From Minisyncoccota bacterium (GTDB lineage Bacteria > Patescibacteriota > Minisyncoccia > Phycocordibacterales > GCA-2747955): a stretch of DNA of 64,000 nt. A program made the position numbers and the translations under genes. Of the stretch, positions 7,371-17,693 are shown piece by piece; position 1 is the first letter of the stretch; every line of letters begins with the position of its first letter. Under the pieces are notes generated by a model, which saw nothing but the letters and a program-made list of their open reading frames with translations, searched no databases and was not told the origin of the DNA. The stretch covers positions 19,985-83,984 of the forward strand of contig JAHDEI010000001.1 of the NCBI GenBank assembly GCA_020628915.1, in the 5' to 3' direction.

Positions 7371-10300
7371 ATGTCGTTTACGCATTTACACGTACACTCC
7401 CACTATTCCCTTCTCAACGCGCTGCCAAAAATCCCAGATCTTGTTAAGCGTGCAAAAAAACACAAAATGAGCGCTCTTGCGCTCACTGATGATTCAAACC
7501 TGTATGGTGCAGTTGAGTTTTATAAAACGTGTCAAAAAGAAGGAATCAAACCAATCATCGGAGTTGATTTTTATGTGGCAACCAGAACCCGGCATGACAA
7601 AGTTTCAGGAATCGACAATCGTCGATATAGATTGGTACTACTTGCCAAGAACACAAACGGATACCAAAACCTCATGAGGTTAGTTTCCAAAGCATACACC
7701 GAAGGATTTTATTACAAGGCTCGAATTGATCGAGAACTACTCGAAGAGTACAAAGATGACCTTGTCTGCATCATTCCCCAGTTTTCTGGTGAAACGTCTG
7801 CTCATCTCAAGCTCAATAACAAGGAGCGGTCAGAGGAAGCACTGGCGTTTTACCAAAAGCTATTTGGTGATGATCTCTATCTTGAGGTGTTGCACCAGCC
7901 AGGCATCGAGGGACAAACCGAGCTGCGTGAAAAAATAATTAACTTTGCAGCAGAACATAACGCAAAACTTGTCGCAACTGGTGATACATATTATTTAGAT
8001 CCCGAAGACAAAGCTGCTCGAGACATCCTGGTTGATGTAGGAAATATCAAGATGGGAGGCGGCTTGCATAACGAACATGAAGATTTTTCTTTCAAAAAAC
8101 CATCAGAGCTCAAAAAATTATTTGCTGATGCGCCAAACGCAATCAAACATACCCAGGAAATTGCTGAGAAATGTGACGTAGAAATCACTCTTGGTATTTG
8201 GACCTTCCCCAACTTTACTCTTAATAAAGGAGAAACTGCTGAAACACAATTGAGAAAAATGGCAGAGGCAGGTTTCGCTACGCGAAACCTGCAGCAAACA
8301 GATGAATACATGAAACGCCTCAATTACGAATTAGAGGTCATTGAAAACAAGGGTTATTCAACATACTTCCTGGTGGTTGCCGACCTATTCCGTGCTGCCA
8401 AAGAAATGGACATCGAATCAAATACGAGGGGTTCTGCCGCGGGATGTCTGACCTCATATCTTATTGGAATCACCAACATTGACCCGATTCAATACAAGCT
8501 CCCTTTTGAACGTTTTTTGAACCCGGAGCGTCCATCTCCTCCTGATGTTGATATGGACATCGCTGATGACAAACGAGATGAACTCATCGAATACACGAGG
8601 CAAAAATACGGTGCTGATAAAGTTGCTCAAATTGGTACCTTCGGTACGATGGCTGCACGTGGTTCTGTGCGTGATGCTGCTCGTGCTATGGGTCACCCGT
8701 ACCAGATGGGTGATAAAATCTCAAAATTGATCCCCCTTGGAAAACAAGGTTTTCCTATGACAATCAAGCGTGCTCTTAAAGAAAACTCTGAACTAAAAGA
8801 TTTGTATAACACCGACAAAGACGTCAAAGAAATTGTTGACATGGCACAAAACATTGAAGGCTGTGCTCGGCACATTTCTGTTCATGCTGCAGGTGTGGTA
8901 ATCGCTCCGGATGAAATTACTAAATACACAGCAGTACAATTGGATCCGAAAGGAGGTAAATTGATTACTCAATTTGACATGCATGCCGTTGAAGATGCAG
9001 GCCTCTTGAAATATGATTTTCTTGGTCTCAAAAACCTAACGATCATTCACGAGACAATGCGTCGTCTTAAAAAAACGCGCAACATTGAGTTTGATTTGCA
9101 AACTATCGCTCTTGATGACCAAAAAGCATTCAACATGTTGGCCGAGGGAAATACCTACGGAGTCTTCCAAATGGCATCAGACGGAATGACCAGATGGCTC
9201 AAAGAACTAAAACCGACAACCATCCATGATATTAACGCGATGGTTGCGTTATATAGACCCGGTCCGATGGACTTCATCCCGGATTATATCGAGCGAAAAT
9301 ACAACCCATCCAAAGTTGTATTCCCTGATCCTCGTATGGAGCCTTTTTTGGCTGACTCACTCGGGCTGATGATCTACCAAGAAGACGTGATGCTTATTGC
9401 TGTGGAGATTGCAGGTTATTCATGGCTCGAAGCGGACAAATTCCGAAAAGCGATGGGTAAAAAAATTCCAGAAGTGATGGCCGAGCAAGAAGAAAAATTC
9501 ACCAAAGGATGTATTGCAAACGGGATGAATGAAAAAGTGGTGACAAAACTATGGGAAGATATCACAAAATTTGCCGCCTACGGTTTCAACAAATCTCACG
9601 CTGCCTCATACGGCCGTGTTGCATATCAAACAGCATATTTGAAAGCAAACTACCCTTCTGAATACATGGCAGCTCTATTATCTGCTGACTCTGGTGACAA
9701 CGAACGTATTGCAAAAGCAGTGGATGAATGTAAAAAAATGGGTATTCCTGTCCTCCCTCCTGACGTCAATGAATCGTTTGAGGAATTTGGTGTAACTGCA
9801 GGAAGCGACCGCAAGGATGACACTATTCGTTTCGGACTCTCAACTATCAAGAACTTTGGAGAAAACCTCTCACACACCATCGTTGAAGAACGAAAAGCAA
9901 ACGGAAAATATAAATCTCTTGAAGATTTCCTGACGCGCGTGAATGGTCGTGATTTAAATAAAAAATCTCTTGAGGCCTTAACCCTTGCTGGTGGTTTAGA
10001 CTCTCTTGCTGATCGATCTTTAATTATTGGAAATCTTGATGATCTTCTTTCTTTTGCAAAATCAAAGCGTGAACAAAACGCGGCCCAAGATAGCCTCTTT
10101 TCAATGATGGGTGAATCTGCAGTCGCTGACTTGAACCTCCCTCCTGTTGATGGAAAAACCATTCGAGTAAAAACCACAGGAATGGAGCACGAGGTGATCA
10201 ACTCTCTTCCCCTTTCAAAAAAAGATCAGTTGTATTGGGAAAAACAACTGTTGGGTCTGTATATTTCTGGGCATCCACTCGAAAAATATAAAAAAGTTTT

Positions 10301-10589
10301 AACTGAAGGTGGTAAAGACATTCGATCTGCAAAAAATGCTGCAATTGGAAACAGGACAGTTGCTGGTGTTATTGACGAAATCAAAGAAATACAAACAAAA
10401 AAAGGAGACACCATGGCATTCGTTCGCCTTTCAGATTTCTCAGACTCAATGGAACTAGTGGTGTTTCCTGAAGCGTACAAAAACAATCGAGAATTATTGA
10501 AGGAGGATACTATTATTGCAGCCGCAGGAAAACTAAATAGGCGTGACGACGAAGTCTCTCTTCTGCTCGACAAAGTGAAAAAGCTCTAA
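7371..10589 (+). CDS. dnaE: DNA polymerase III alpha subunit
   Basis: PHP motif FTHLHVHSHYS, RGSAAG, PDVDMD, C-terminal OB fold. Confidence 0.98.
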   Translation: MSFTHLHVHSHYSLLNALPKIPDLVKRAKKHKMSALALTDDSNLYGAVEFYKTCQKEGIKPIIGVDFYVATRTRHDKVSGIDNRRYRLVLLAKNTNGYQNLMRLVSKAYTEGFYYKARIDRELLEEYKDDLVCIIPQFSGETSAHLKLNNKERSEEALAFYQKLFGDDLYLEVLHQPGIEGQTELREKIINFAAEHNAKLVATGDTYYLDPEDKAARDILVDVGNIKMGGGLHNEHEDFSFKKPSELKKLFADAPNAIKHTQEIAEKCDVEITLGIWTFPNFTLNKGETAETQLRKMAEAGFATRNLQQTDEYMKRLNYELEVIENKGYSTYFLVVADLFRAAKEMDIESNTRGSAAGCLTSYLIGITNIDPIQYKLPFERFLNPERPSPPDVDMDIADDKRDELIEYTRQKYGADKVAQIGTFGTMAARGSVRDAARAMGHPYQMGDKISKLIPLGKQGFPMTIKRALKENSELKDLYNTDKDVKEIVDMAQNIEGCARHISVHAAGVVIAPDEITKYTAVQLDPKGGKLITQFDMHAVEDAGLLKYDFLGLKNLTIIHETMRRLKKTRNIEFDLQTIALDDQKAFNMLAEGNTYGVFQMASDGMTRWLKELKPTTIHDINAMVALYRPGPMDFIPDYIERKYNPSKVVFPDPRMEPFLADSLGLMIYQEDVMLIAVEIAGYSWLEADKFRKAMGKKIPEVMAEQEEKFTKGCIANGMNEKVVTKLWEDITKFAAYGFNKSHAASYGRVAYQTAYLKANYPSEYMAALLSADSGDNERIAKAVDECKKMGIPVLPPDVNESFEEFGVTAGSDRKDDTIRFGLSTIKNFGENLSHTIVEERKANGKYKSLEDFLTRVNGRDLNKKSLEALTLAGGLDSLADRSLIIGNLDDLLSFAKSKREQNAAQDSLFSMMGESAVADLNLPPVDGKTIRVKTTGMEHEVINSLPLSKKDQLYWEKQLLGLYISGHPLEKYKKVLTEGGKDIRSAKNAAIGNRTVAGVIDEIKEIQTKKGDTMAFVRLSDFSDSMELVVFPEAYKNNRELLKEDTIIAAAGKLNRRDDEVSLLLDKVKKL

Positions 10590-10648
10590 TTTATTTGACA
10601 AATTTAATTTAGTCTGTATAGTAAATTACAGATCGAGAGGAGGTTTCT

Positions 10649-10867
10649 GTGGAACGCGATATCATTAAAATAAAGCAGGCACCCGATGCTGAAAATATCG
10701 ATAACTTTTGGGATGGACTGATGTTTGGCGGTTTGTTCCCTCTGTGGCTAATGCTTTTAGCTATTACAGAGTCAAATGAGATGAACATGAAAGTAACATC
10801 CACCGGTGCAAAATTTGGGCTCGTCATTGCAGCCATGTTATGGCTGAGTCAATGTGGTCAAGGATAG
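10649..10867 (+). CDS. Small orphan membrane protein (cassette 1)
   Basis: TTGACA 10595, TATAGT, GAGGAGG SD, GTG start, terminator 10868-10893. Confidence 0.65.
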   Translation: MERDIIKIKQAPDAENIDNFWDGLMFGGLFPLWLMLLAITESNEMNMKVTSTGAKFGLVIAAMLWLSQCGQG

Positions 10868-10946
10868 AACCCGCCGCTCAGGCGGGTTTTTTAATTGACA
10901 GAGTACACGTATCGATGTAACCTAAATACTAGAAAAGGAGAAAAAG

Positions 10947-11198
10947 ATGAAACTTAATGTAATTAAAAAGTCTCTCGACAGAACAATAAATAGCGGCAAC
11001 TGGAAAAAAGCAGAAGAACTCATTGGAAAATTCTGTGAAATTTCGACTGCTGGAGCCAAAGCTTGGCTTAATGAGAAAACAACTGAACGGTTCAAAAAAC
11101 AAGATTCTAGGGCCGTTTTGCAGATCAATCTATTCCAATGCCGAATTGACCTTGCTGAAGCAGAAAAAATGCTTGCAGTAAACACAAGCCCTGCTTAG
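10947..11198 (+). CDS. Small orphan protein (cassette 2)
   Basis: TTGACA 10895, AAAAGGAG SD, terminator about 11186-11213. Confidence 0.7.
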   Translation: MKLNVIKKSLDRTINSGNWKKAEELIGKFCEISTAGAKAWLNEKTTERFKKQDSRAVLQINLFQCRIDLAEAEKMLAVNTSPA

Positions 11199-11273
11199 CG
11201 GGGTTTTCTTTTTATTTGACTTACTATTCCCTATCGTTTATAAACAAATCAGAAGAAACAAAGGAGAGTGCAC

Positions 11274-11549
11274 ATGAGCACAAAAACGCTCACAAAACCA
11301 CCAGAAAATACGCATCTGATTTGCAGAAAAGTAGGTAGACGATTTGTCTTTACTTGCCCTCGAGTTGCAGGTTTACACTATGCAGTTGATGAGCTAAAAC
11401 AAGAAAATTTTGATTTAGTACTGCGGGCTTTCTCGGCACATGCTTCGGCAGTATATAACCAAACACTGACATACAAACCGAAAACACTCAATAACCAGCA
11501 TCTGAATGCAACTAGTGGCTTTATGCTCGCTGTGGTGTTAGAAAAATAA
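11274..11549 (+). CDS. Small orphan protein, weakly HicB-N-like (cassette 3)
   Basis: TTGACT 11216, AAAGGAG SD, terminator about 11553-11578; FVFTCPRVAGL. Confidence 0.65.
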   Translation: MSTKTLTKPPENTHLICRKVGRRFVFTCPRVAGLHYAVDELKQENFDLVLRAFSAHASAVYNQTLTYKPKTLNNQHLNATSGFMLAVVLEK

Positions 11550-11635
11550 TCCAAAACTCGCCTCAGGGCGAGTTTATTTGTTTGACATTTTGTTTCAAAA
11601 TGTCATTATATCGATTGGATGAAAGGAGAATATCC

Positions 11636-12088
11636 ATGAAAAAGCTCGAAAAAATTCGACAGGCCTATACAGTAGGCGCGGCAATCACAACGATCCCACT
11701 CAACAACATCATCGCAGAAAACCTAAAGGCTGAATCGCCCGACAATGTGGTTTTGCGCATGTTGTGTGCTGATGCATGTGTCTCAGGACATGCTACCCTA
11801 TATGACAAAATCATTAGCAAAGTGCCTTATGAAAAGCTCTACGCTGATACCTCGGTCGTCATAGATGATGATGTGATTACGCAGTTGCGTGATAATGACG
11901 AGGTCTTACTAGCAGATTACTTTGCCCATGATCACCGTTGGGAATCGGTTGAGCCGAGACTGCGGAATATGTCACCCGATTGCCAAAGACATTGGCTTGA
12001 TCAAAAGATTAATGAATTTGAATCTGACAACATTCCCGGAGATCTTCAATTTTTAAAAGACACGTATGCCCCTGACTACCTTGCGTAG
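11636..12088 (+). CDS. Orphan protein (cassette 4)
   Basis: TTGACA 11582, AAAGGAG SD, terminator 12096-12121. Confidence 0.7.
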   Translation: MKKLEKIRQAYTVGAAITTIPLNNIIAENLKAESPDNVVLRMLCADACVSGHATLYDKIISKVPYEKLYADTSVVIDDDVITQLRDNDEVLLADYFAHDHRWESVEPRLRNMSPDCQRHWLDQKINEFESDNIPGDLQFLKDTYAPDYLA

Positions 12089-12160
12089 TTAATACAAAGC
12101 GACCGAATCTGGTCGCTTTTTCTTTTATAAAAACTCTTCCCCTGCTACAATACAACAATC

Positions 12161-13900
12161 ATGGAAAAACACGACTCACTATATAAGATCAGACATTCAT
12201 TCGCTCACGTCCTAGCGATGGCCGTTTTAGACACTTATCCTGATGCAAAGATCGCTATTGGCCCAGCTATCGACACCGGATTCTACTACGACATTGATTT
12301 TGGTGAGGAAAAAATCTCAGACGAACACCTCAAAGATTTACAAAAAAAGATGAAAAAAATTGCTGGTCGCGGACTCGAATTTTCAGGCACACCAGTAACC
12401 GCAGAGGAAGCACTCGCGCACTACAAAAACAATCCATACAAAACTGAGCTTATCCAAGAGTTCGCCGCAGAGAACAAAGAGCTCACATTTTACAAAACAG
12501 GAGATGACTTCATTGACTTGTGTGCAGGTGGACATGTTGAGAATACCAAAGAGCTCCCTCTTGATGCATTCCGACTTGATAAAGTTGCCGGGGCTTATTG
12601 GCGAGGTGACGAGAAAAACAAAATGCTCACCCGAATCTATGGTCTCGCATTTGAAACCAAAGAGGAATTAGACACTCACCTAAAAATGATTGAAGAGGCA
12701 AAGAAACGTGACCACCGCAAACTCGGTAAGGAACTTGGCCTATTTACATTTTCAGAGCTAGTTGGCCCAGGATTGCCGCTCTGGACTCCAAAAGGAACTC
12801 TCTTGCGAAAAGCAATCGATGACTTTGTATGGGAACTGCGTGCAGAGAAAGGTTATAAACAAGTAACTATTCCTCACATCACAAAAGAAGATTTATATAA
12901 AACATCCGGACACTATGACAAGTTTGCTGACGAGTTATTTAAAGTTGGATCACGTGAAGGGAAAAATTATTTCCTCAAGCCAATGAACTGTCCTCACCAC
13001 ACACAAATTTTTGATGCTGAGCCACGTTCATACAAAGACATGCCTCAGCGGTATGCTGAAACCACGATGGTGTATCGAGACGAACAGTCTGGAGAGCTCG
13101 GAGGGCTGACTCGTGTACTTTCAATTACACAAGATGACGCTCATGTATTCTGCCGGGAAATTCAAATCAAAGAAGAAATGAATGCAATTTGGGATATTGT
13201 TGAAAAATTCTATGGAGCATTTAATTTCACACTCGGTGTTCACCTTTCATTCCATGACCCTGAAGAAATGGATAAGTATCTAGGAACACCAGAGGTATGG
13301 GCTAGCTCAGAAGGACTCATCGAAGAGATCGCTAAAGAACGAGGTGTAGACTATGTAGTAGACCTTGGCGAAGCTGCACTGTATGGACCAAAGCTAGACT
13401 TTAGAGCAACTGATTCTCTTGGGCGAACACACCAGGTAGCAACTATCCAGCTAGATCGAAACCTCCCAGAGCGATTTGATCTGACATGTATTAATGAAAA
13501 CGGTGAAAAAGAGCGGATTGTGATGATCCATGCTGCAATTGCTGGGTCACTCGAGCGATTCTCTGGTGTGATGATTGAGCACACAGCCGGTAACTTCCCT
13601 CTTCGATTCTCACCAACACAAGTAGCGGTGATTCCTATTGCAGAACCACACAATGAATATGCCCAAGGCGTAAACGATGCATTAGTTGCAGCTGGGTATA
13701 GAACTACCATGAATACATCTAAAGATGGATTTGGTAAAAAGGTGCGAGCAGCTAAAAAGGAAAAGCTCCCCTACTTTATTGTGATTGGAGACCAAGATAT
13801 CGAAGCGAACAAAGTCACACTTGAGTCTCGTGATACTGGCGAATCAGAACAGCTCTCAATCGAAGAAGTTCTCACTAGATTTAATGAAGAAGTACAATAA
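12161..13900 (+). CDS. thrS: Threonine--tRNA ligase (no N-terminal TGS domain)
   Basis: HSFAH, DLCAGGHV, KRDHRKLG, KPMNCP, YGPKLD motifs. Confidence 0.98.
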   Translation: MEKHDSLYKIRHSFAHVLAMAVLDTYPDAKIAIGPAIDTGFYYDIDFGEEKISDEHLKDLQKKMKKIAGRGLEFSGTPVTAEEALAHYKNNPYKTELIQEFAAENKELTFYKTGDDFIDLCAGGHVENTKELPLDAFRLDKVAGAYWRGDEKNKMLTRIYGLAFETKEELDTHLKMIEEAKKRDHRKLGKELGLFTFSELVGPGLPLWTPKGTLLRKAIDDFVWELRAEKGYKQVTIPHITKEDLYKTSGHYDKFADELFKVGSREGKNYFLKPMNCPHHTQIFDAEPRSYKDMPQRYAETTMVYRDEQSGELGGLTRVLSITQDDAHVFCREIQIKEEMNAIWDIVEKFYGAFNFTLGVHLSFHDPEEMDKYLGTPEVWASSEGLIEEIAKERGVDYVVDLGEAALYGPKLDFRATDSLGRTHQVATIQLDRNLPERFDLTCINENGEKERIVMIHAAIAGSLERFSGVMIEHTAGNFPLRFSPTQVAVIPIAEPHNEYAQGVNDALVAAGYRTTMNTSKDGFGKKVRAAKKEKLPYFIVIGDQDIEANKVTLESRDTGESEQLSIEEVLTRFNEEVQ

Positions 13901-13926
13901 AAAAGAGCGGCGTGCCGCTCTTTTTT
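13899..13926. terminator. Bidirectional terminator
   Basis: AAAAAGAGCGGC-GT-GCCGCTCTTTTTT between convergent genes. Confidence 0.85.
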
Positions 13927-14650
13927 ATTTCTGTAGATATGCAATCCAGAATACCCTTTTGTATGACCGATCATTCATTTTTGTGTAGTGAAACTCTTTT
14001 TCTAATTTTAAAATAGTGAATTGATTGTATGTTTTGCGAAAATCAGATTCAGTGAATACACGCTCGACTAATCCTACACCAGGCATGACGTACGTATCAG
14101 GCTCTGGGCCTGGATATTTTTTAATCAATTCTTTTGCATTGTCATCTCCGTCTTTGCAGAGCGCTCGCACAAAAAAGTATCCTCTAGTTTTTAATACACG
14201 TCCGACCTCATCTAAATAATTCTTGCGCTGTTCTGTGCTAAGTGCGTTTGAGCTAGTCACATCAAACACAACATCTACAGATTCGGTACTAACGTCCAAT
14301 TTCTTGCCGATTGAGCCCCATCTATATTCAACAGATCCACCTGCCACACGTAGTTCTCGGTCTTTCCGTTTAGCGCTCTCTTGCGCGTTTTTAATGGCAT
14401 TTTTTGCTATTTCGACTCCTACCACCTCAGCACCTCTTTCTGCGATAAATAAGGCATTTTTGCCCTCTCCAGAGCCTAAATCAAGCACAGACATAGCCTG
14501 AAATGGAAACCCTGGATTTTCGATACGCCCAGCTTTTTTTCTCTCCTTCTTTAGCCATTTGCAAAAAGCACGAAAAGAAGCAGCAGGCTTGTCCCCTCCG
14601 ACGAGTTTCTTATCTTTGTATTCCCTCTCCCAAATCTCTTGTTGGCTCAT
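13925..14650 (-). CDS. Class I SAM-dependent methyltransferase
   Basis: VLDLGSGEGKN motif I. Confidence 0.85.
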   Translation of the reverse strand: MSQQEIWEREYKDKKLVGGDKPAASFRAFCKWLKKERKKAGRIENPGFPFQAMSVLDLGSGEGKNALFIAERGAEVVGVEIAKNAIKNAQESAKRKDRELRVAGGSVEYRWGSIGKKLDVSTESVDVVFDVTSSNALSTEQRKNYLDEVGRVLKTRGYFFVRALCKDGDDNAKELIKKYPGPEPDTYVMPGVGLVERVFTESDFRKTYNQFTILKLEKEFHYTKMNDRSYKRVFWIAYLQK

Positions 14651-14651
14651 A

Positions 14652-15323
14652 TTATTCGCCTCCGAAGTATCCAGTGAGATTAAGAAGTGACTGGAACATC
14701 ACCAATAGATTTACATACATATGTAGCGCGCCCAATGTTGATGCCTTTGATTTTTCTTCTTCAGTCTGTAATTTTGGAAACAGATTTTTGTAGTATTGCG
14801 AGTCGTATACAGTCAAAGCGGAAAATACAATCATCGCCACTGACGAAACGATAATATCTAGTGGCCCACTCTTAAACACAAATCCGTTCAGAAGTGAAAC
14901 GATCAAGATCCCCCACACTGCAGAAAACAAGAATGTTCCCCACCCTGACATGTTGTATTTCATCCGATAACCGATAATTGCTAGAGTGATAAATAGAATT
15001 ACTGCTGCTGCAAAAATTACCACAACAGTCATTGGCTTAGTTGATAGAAAATGTACCAATAACCCGGAAATTGTAATTCCCGTAAGTGCTGCGTATACAA
15101 AGTACAATACAAATGAAACCTTATACGAAAGCTTGTTTATCATGAACTGAATAAAAAACAAAAGGGCTAGCTCGATACCTGCCAGTGCATAAAATACACC
15201 CGGATTTTGCAAAACGACTGATAATTGTGTATTCATGGTCAGCCATGAAAAGAGAGCTGAAACTAATACTCCAGCTGCCATCCATTTGTAAATGGATCCA
15301 AAAAATTGATTAACTGTATTCAT
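14652..15323 (-). CDS. Bax inhibitor-1/YccA family membrane protein
   Basis: About 7 TM; YKWMAAG, LTVYDSQ, GALHMYVN. Confidence 0.88.
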   Translation of the reverse strand: MNTVNQFFGSIYKWMAAGVLVSALFSWLTMNTQLSVVLQNPGVFYALAGIELALLFFIQFMINKLSYKVSFVLYFVYAALTGITISGLLVHFLSTKPMTVVVIFAAAVILFITLAIIGYRMKYNMSGWGTFLFSAVWGILIVSLLNGFVFKSGPLDIIVSSVAMIVFSALTVYDSQYYKNLFPKLQTEEEKSKASTLGALHMYVNLLVMFQSLLNLTGYFGGE

Positions 15324-15331
15324 GCGAGATA

Positions 15332-16486
15332 TTATACTATGATTCCTCCCCCAATACATTGATTGTCCTTATATAAAACTAGTGATTGCCCTTTTGCCAC
15401 AGCATTATGTGGAGTATCAAATGTAGCAATGTACTTTCTTTGACCACAGGACCTGCCGACGTGTGAAAATCTGATCATGCATGGTATCAGATTTCCTCGA
15501 TAACGTACTCGACCCTCATATTTCAGTTCCTCTTTGGGCTCATCACTAATCCAATTAGTTTCTGTAATTTTAATTTCGTGCGAGTGCTTCTTGTTTGACT
15601 CTTCGAGTAACTCTTTTGGACCAACTGTGATTGTATTATTGTCTTGGTCGCGGTCTATTACATACAAACGTGGTGTATCGGGCGTCTTTGCCTCAGGAAA
15701 AATTTCAAATCCATGTCTTTCCCCTTTGGTATAAAAAATTGCACCATCATGTGATCCAATAATATCACCGTCTTCATTCAACACATCTCCTGGGTTTTCA
15801 TCAATAAACTCTTGTAAAAAATCTTTCATTTTTACTTTCCCTACAAAACAAAGTCCTTGCGAGTCTTTCTTCTCTGCCGTGAAAAGATCGTATTTTTCTG
15901 CCAGCTTGCGAACCTTGTCTTTAGGATATGCACCGATCGGGAACAATACCTTTGCAAGTTTCTCTTGCGGCATAGTATAGAGAAAATATGTTTGATCCTT
16001 GTTTGCATCATTTCCTTTATGCATTTCAAAAAGGCCGTTGCTTTTATTAAAAATATTTTGTGCATAGTGACCAGAAGCAACAAAATCGGCACCATTCTTG
16101 ATAGCAAAATCAAGAAAACCACCAAATTTTACATACTTGTTACAAAACACATCTGGGTTTGGCGTCTCTCCTTTTTTGTATGTATTAATCATGTAATCAA
16201 ATACATCCTGCTTGTATTCTTTTTCTAAATCAAGATCTAAAAAAGGCACATCGAGTTTCTGACATACCGCCAACGCATCAAGTCGTTCATCGCGCCAATC
16301 ACAACCAAGGAAATCAGGGTGGTAGACCTTTATAAACACTCCCGTAACATCAAATCCTGCATCTCTGAGCAACGCCAATGATACCGAGCTGTCGACTCCG
16401 CCTGAGACCCCCACGAAAACTCTTTTTCTCGTTCCGTCTTTGTTTTTTGGGTTTGGGATATAGTTTTTTGGTTTGCTCCAAAACAT
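15332..16486 (-). CDS. mnmA: tRNA 2-thiouridine(34) synthase
   Basis: SGGVDSS, TPNPDVFCN, ASGHYA, KDQTYFL, KKDSQGLCF. Confidence 0.97.
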   Translation of the reverse strand: MFWSKPKNYIPNPKNKDGTRKRVFVGVSGGVDSSVSLALLRDAGFDVTGVFIKVYHPDFLGCDWRDERLDALAVCQKLDVPFLDLDLEKEYKQDVFDYMINTYKKGETPNPDVFCNKYVKFGGFLDFAIKNGADFVASGHYAQNIFNKSNGLFEMHKGNDANKDQTYFLYTMPQEKLAKVLFPIGAYPKDKVRKLAEKYDLFTAEKKDSQGLCFVGKVKMKDFLQEFIDENPGDVLNEDGDIIGSHDGAIFYTKGERHGFEIFPEAKTPDTPRLYVIDRDQDNNTITVGPKELLEESNKKHSHEIKITETNWISDEPKEELKYEGRVRYRGNLIPCMIRFSHVGRSCGQRKYIATFDTPHNAVAKGQSLVLYKDNQCIGGGIIV

Positions 16487-16514
16487 GTGTCGCGATTATA
16501 ACAAAAAAGGTCCG

Positions 16515-17603
16515 CTACGGTGCGTAGCGAACCTCGTCATTTGACTGTTTCTCAATTGCAGAGAATGACAGGATAAATCCTGTGTGATCCGAGAAGGATT
16601 CTTTCATTCCCTTAGGGAATGGAACCCAAGCGTGCTCCGGAACCAATCGTTGGTCTGGAGTGTTGCGCAACAAGAGTACGTCAACGTGATAGTCTAAGAT
16701 ACCAGCAAAATGTTTCGCTGATGATTCCTCTACTACACCTAATCGCTCTGCATCACGTAATGCATTCTCATAATAATCACCCATCACTTCTCGTAATGTG
16801 GCTAAACGCTGAGGTGCATGCCCCATGTTTAGATCGCCAGCCATTACAATGAGTGTGTCTTCATCAATCTCAGTTTCAATTGTGTGCTGAAGCATTTTAA
16901 TCTGATGATGATATGCTTCATCCGCGCGCTCTCCAGAAACACCGGTAGGTTCTCTAGAATTCATGTGGATTGCAACAAATGCAACCGGTTTATCAAATTC
17001 TGGGATTTTAATCCAGGCTATCAATACCCCTTTTGAGGCGAGACAGTCGTACCCAGCACACATTCCCGAAGGAAAACCAACGGTTTTGGTCCGAAGAATC
17101 GGGTAATCCGAAAGAATTGCAAGACCACTATTAAGAATGGTTCCGCTTTTTTCACCCTTACGGAAAGACCTCTTGTTATGGAACTCCTCAGAAATCGGGT
17201 AGATATCAGTCTTTGGTGCCTTATCAGGACCATATACCAGATATGGATACTTCCCATATCGGTTGAGGTTTTCCGCTCCTTTACGGAAGGCTTCCTGAAG
17301 GATGATAATCTTTGGTTGATTACATCTCTCCCGCATCTCTGCGATTCGATGTCCGATATCAATGGCAACTTTGCTCCGACCCTTGTCAATTCCTCCCCTA
17401 CCTCTTTCTTTATCCACCACTTTTGGAAGATCTCGAATATTGTAGGTCAGAACGGTAAAGCCAGGACAATCTGTCGGCCACACTTTGGTTTCTGTTTCTG
17501 AGATGGACGCTGGTTTGTAACTCATGAGTGAAGACCCATGCACACAGCCTACAAGGGAGAACCCCAGTAGACAAATGACTAAAATTTTCAGTAGTTTGAA
17601 CAC
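16515..17603 (-). CDS. Endonuclease/exonuclease/phosphatase (sphingomyelinase-like) lipoprotein
   Basis: Lipobox LVGC; VLTYNI, LQEAF, SGLAILSDYP, GDLN, SDH; AAAGGAG SD and TTGACT-17-TAAAAT. Confidence 0.85.
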   Translation of the reverse strand: MFKLLKILVICLLGFSLVGCVHGSSLMSYKPASISETETKVWPTDCPGFTVLTYNIRDLPKVVDKERGRGGIDKGRSKVAIDIGHRIAEMRERCNQPKIIILQEAFRKGAENLNRYGKYPYLVYGPDKAPKTDIYPISEEFHNKRSFRKGEKSGTILNSGLAILSDYPILRTKTVGFPSGMCAGYDCLASKGVLIAWIKIPEFDKPVAFVAIHMNSREPTGVSGERADEAYHHQIKMLQHTIETEIDEDTLIVMAGDLNMGHAPQRLATLREVMGDYYENALRDAERLGVVEESSAKHFAGILDYHVDVLLLRNTPDQRLVPEHAWVPFPKGMKESFSDHTGFILSFSAIEKQSNDEVRYAP

Positions 17604-17693
17604 TTTTTTCTCCTTTGCTTTAAAAGAATTCTACTTTAATTTTATAACTAATATAAAATAAGTCAAGTCTCTAAAAACAAAACTGTGGATTTA

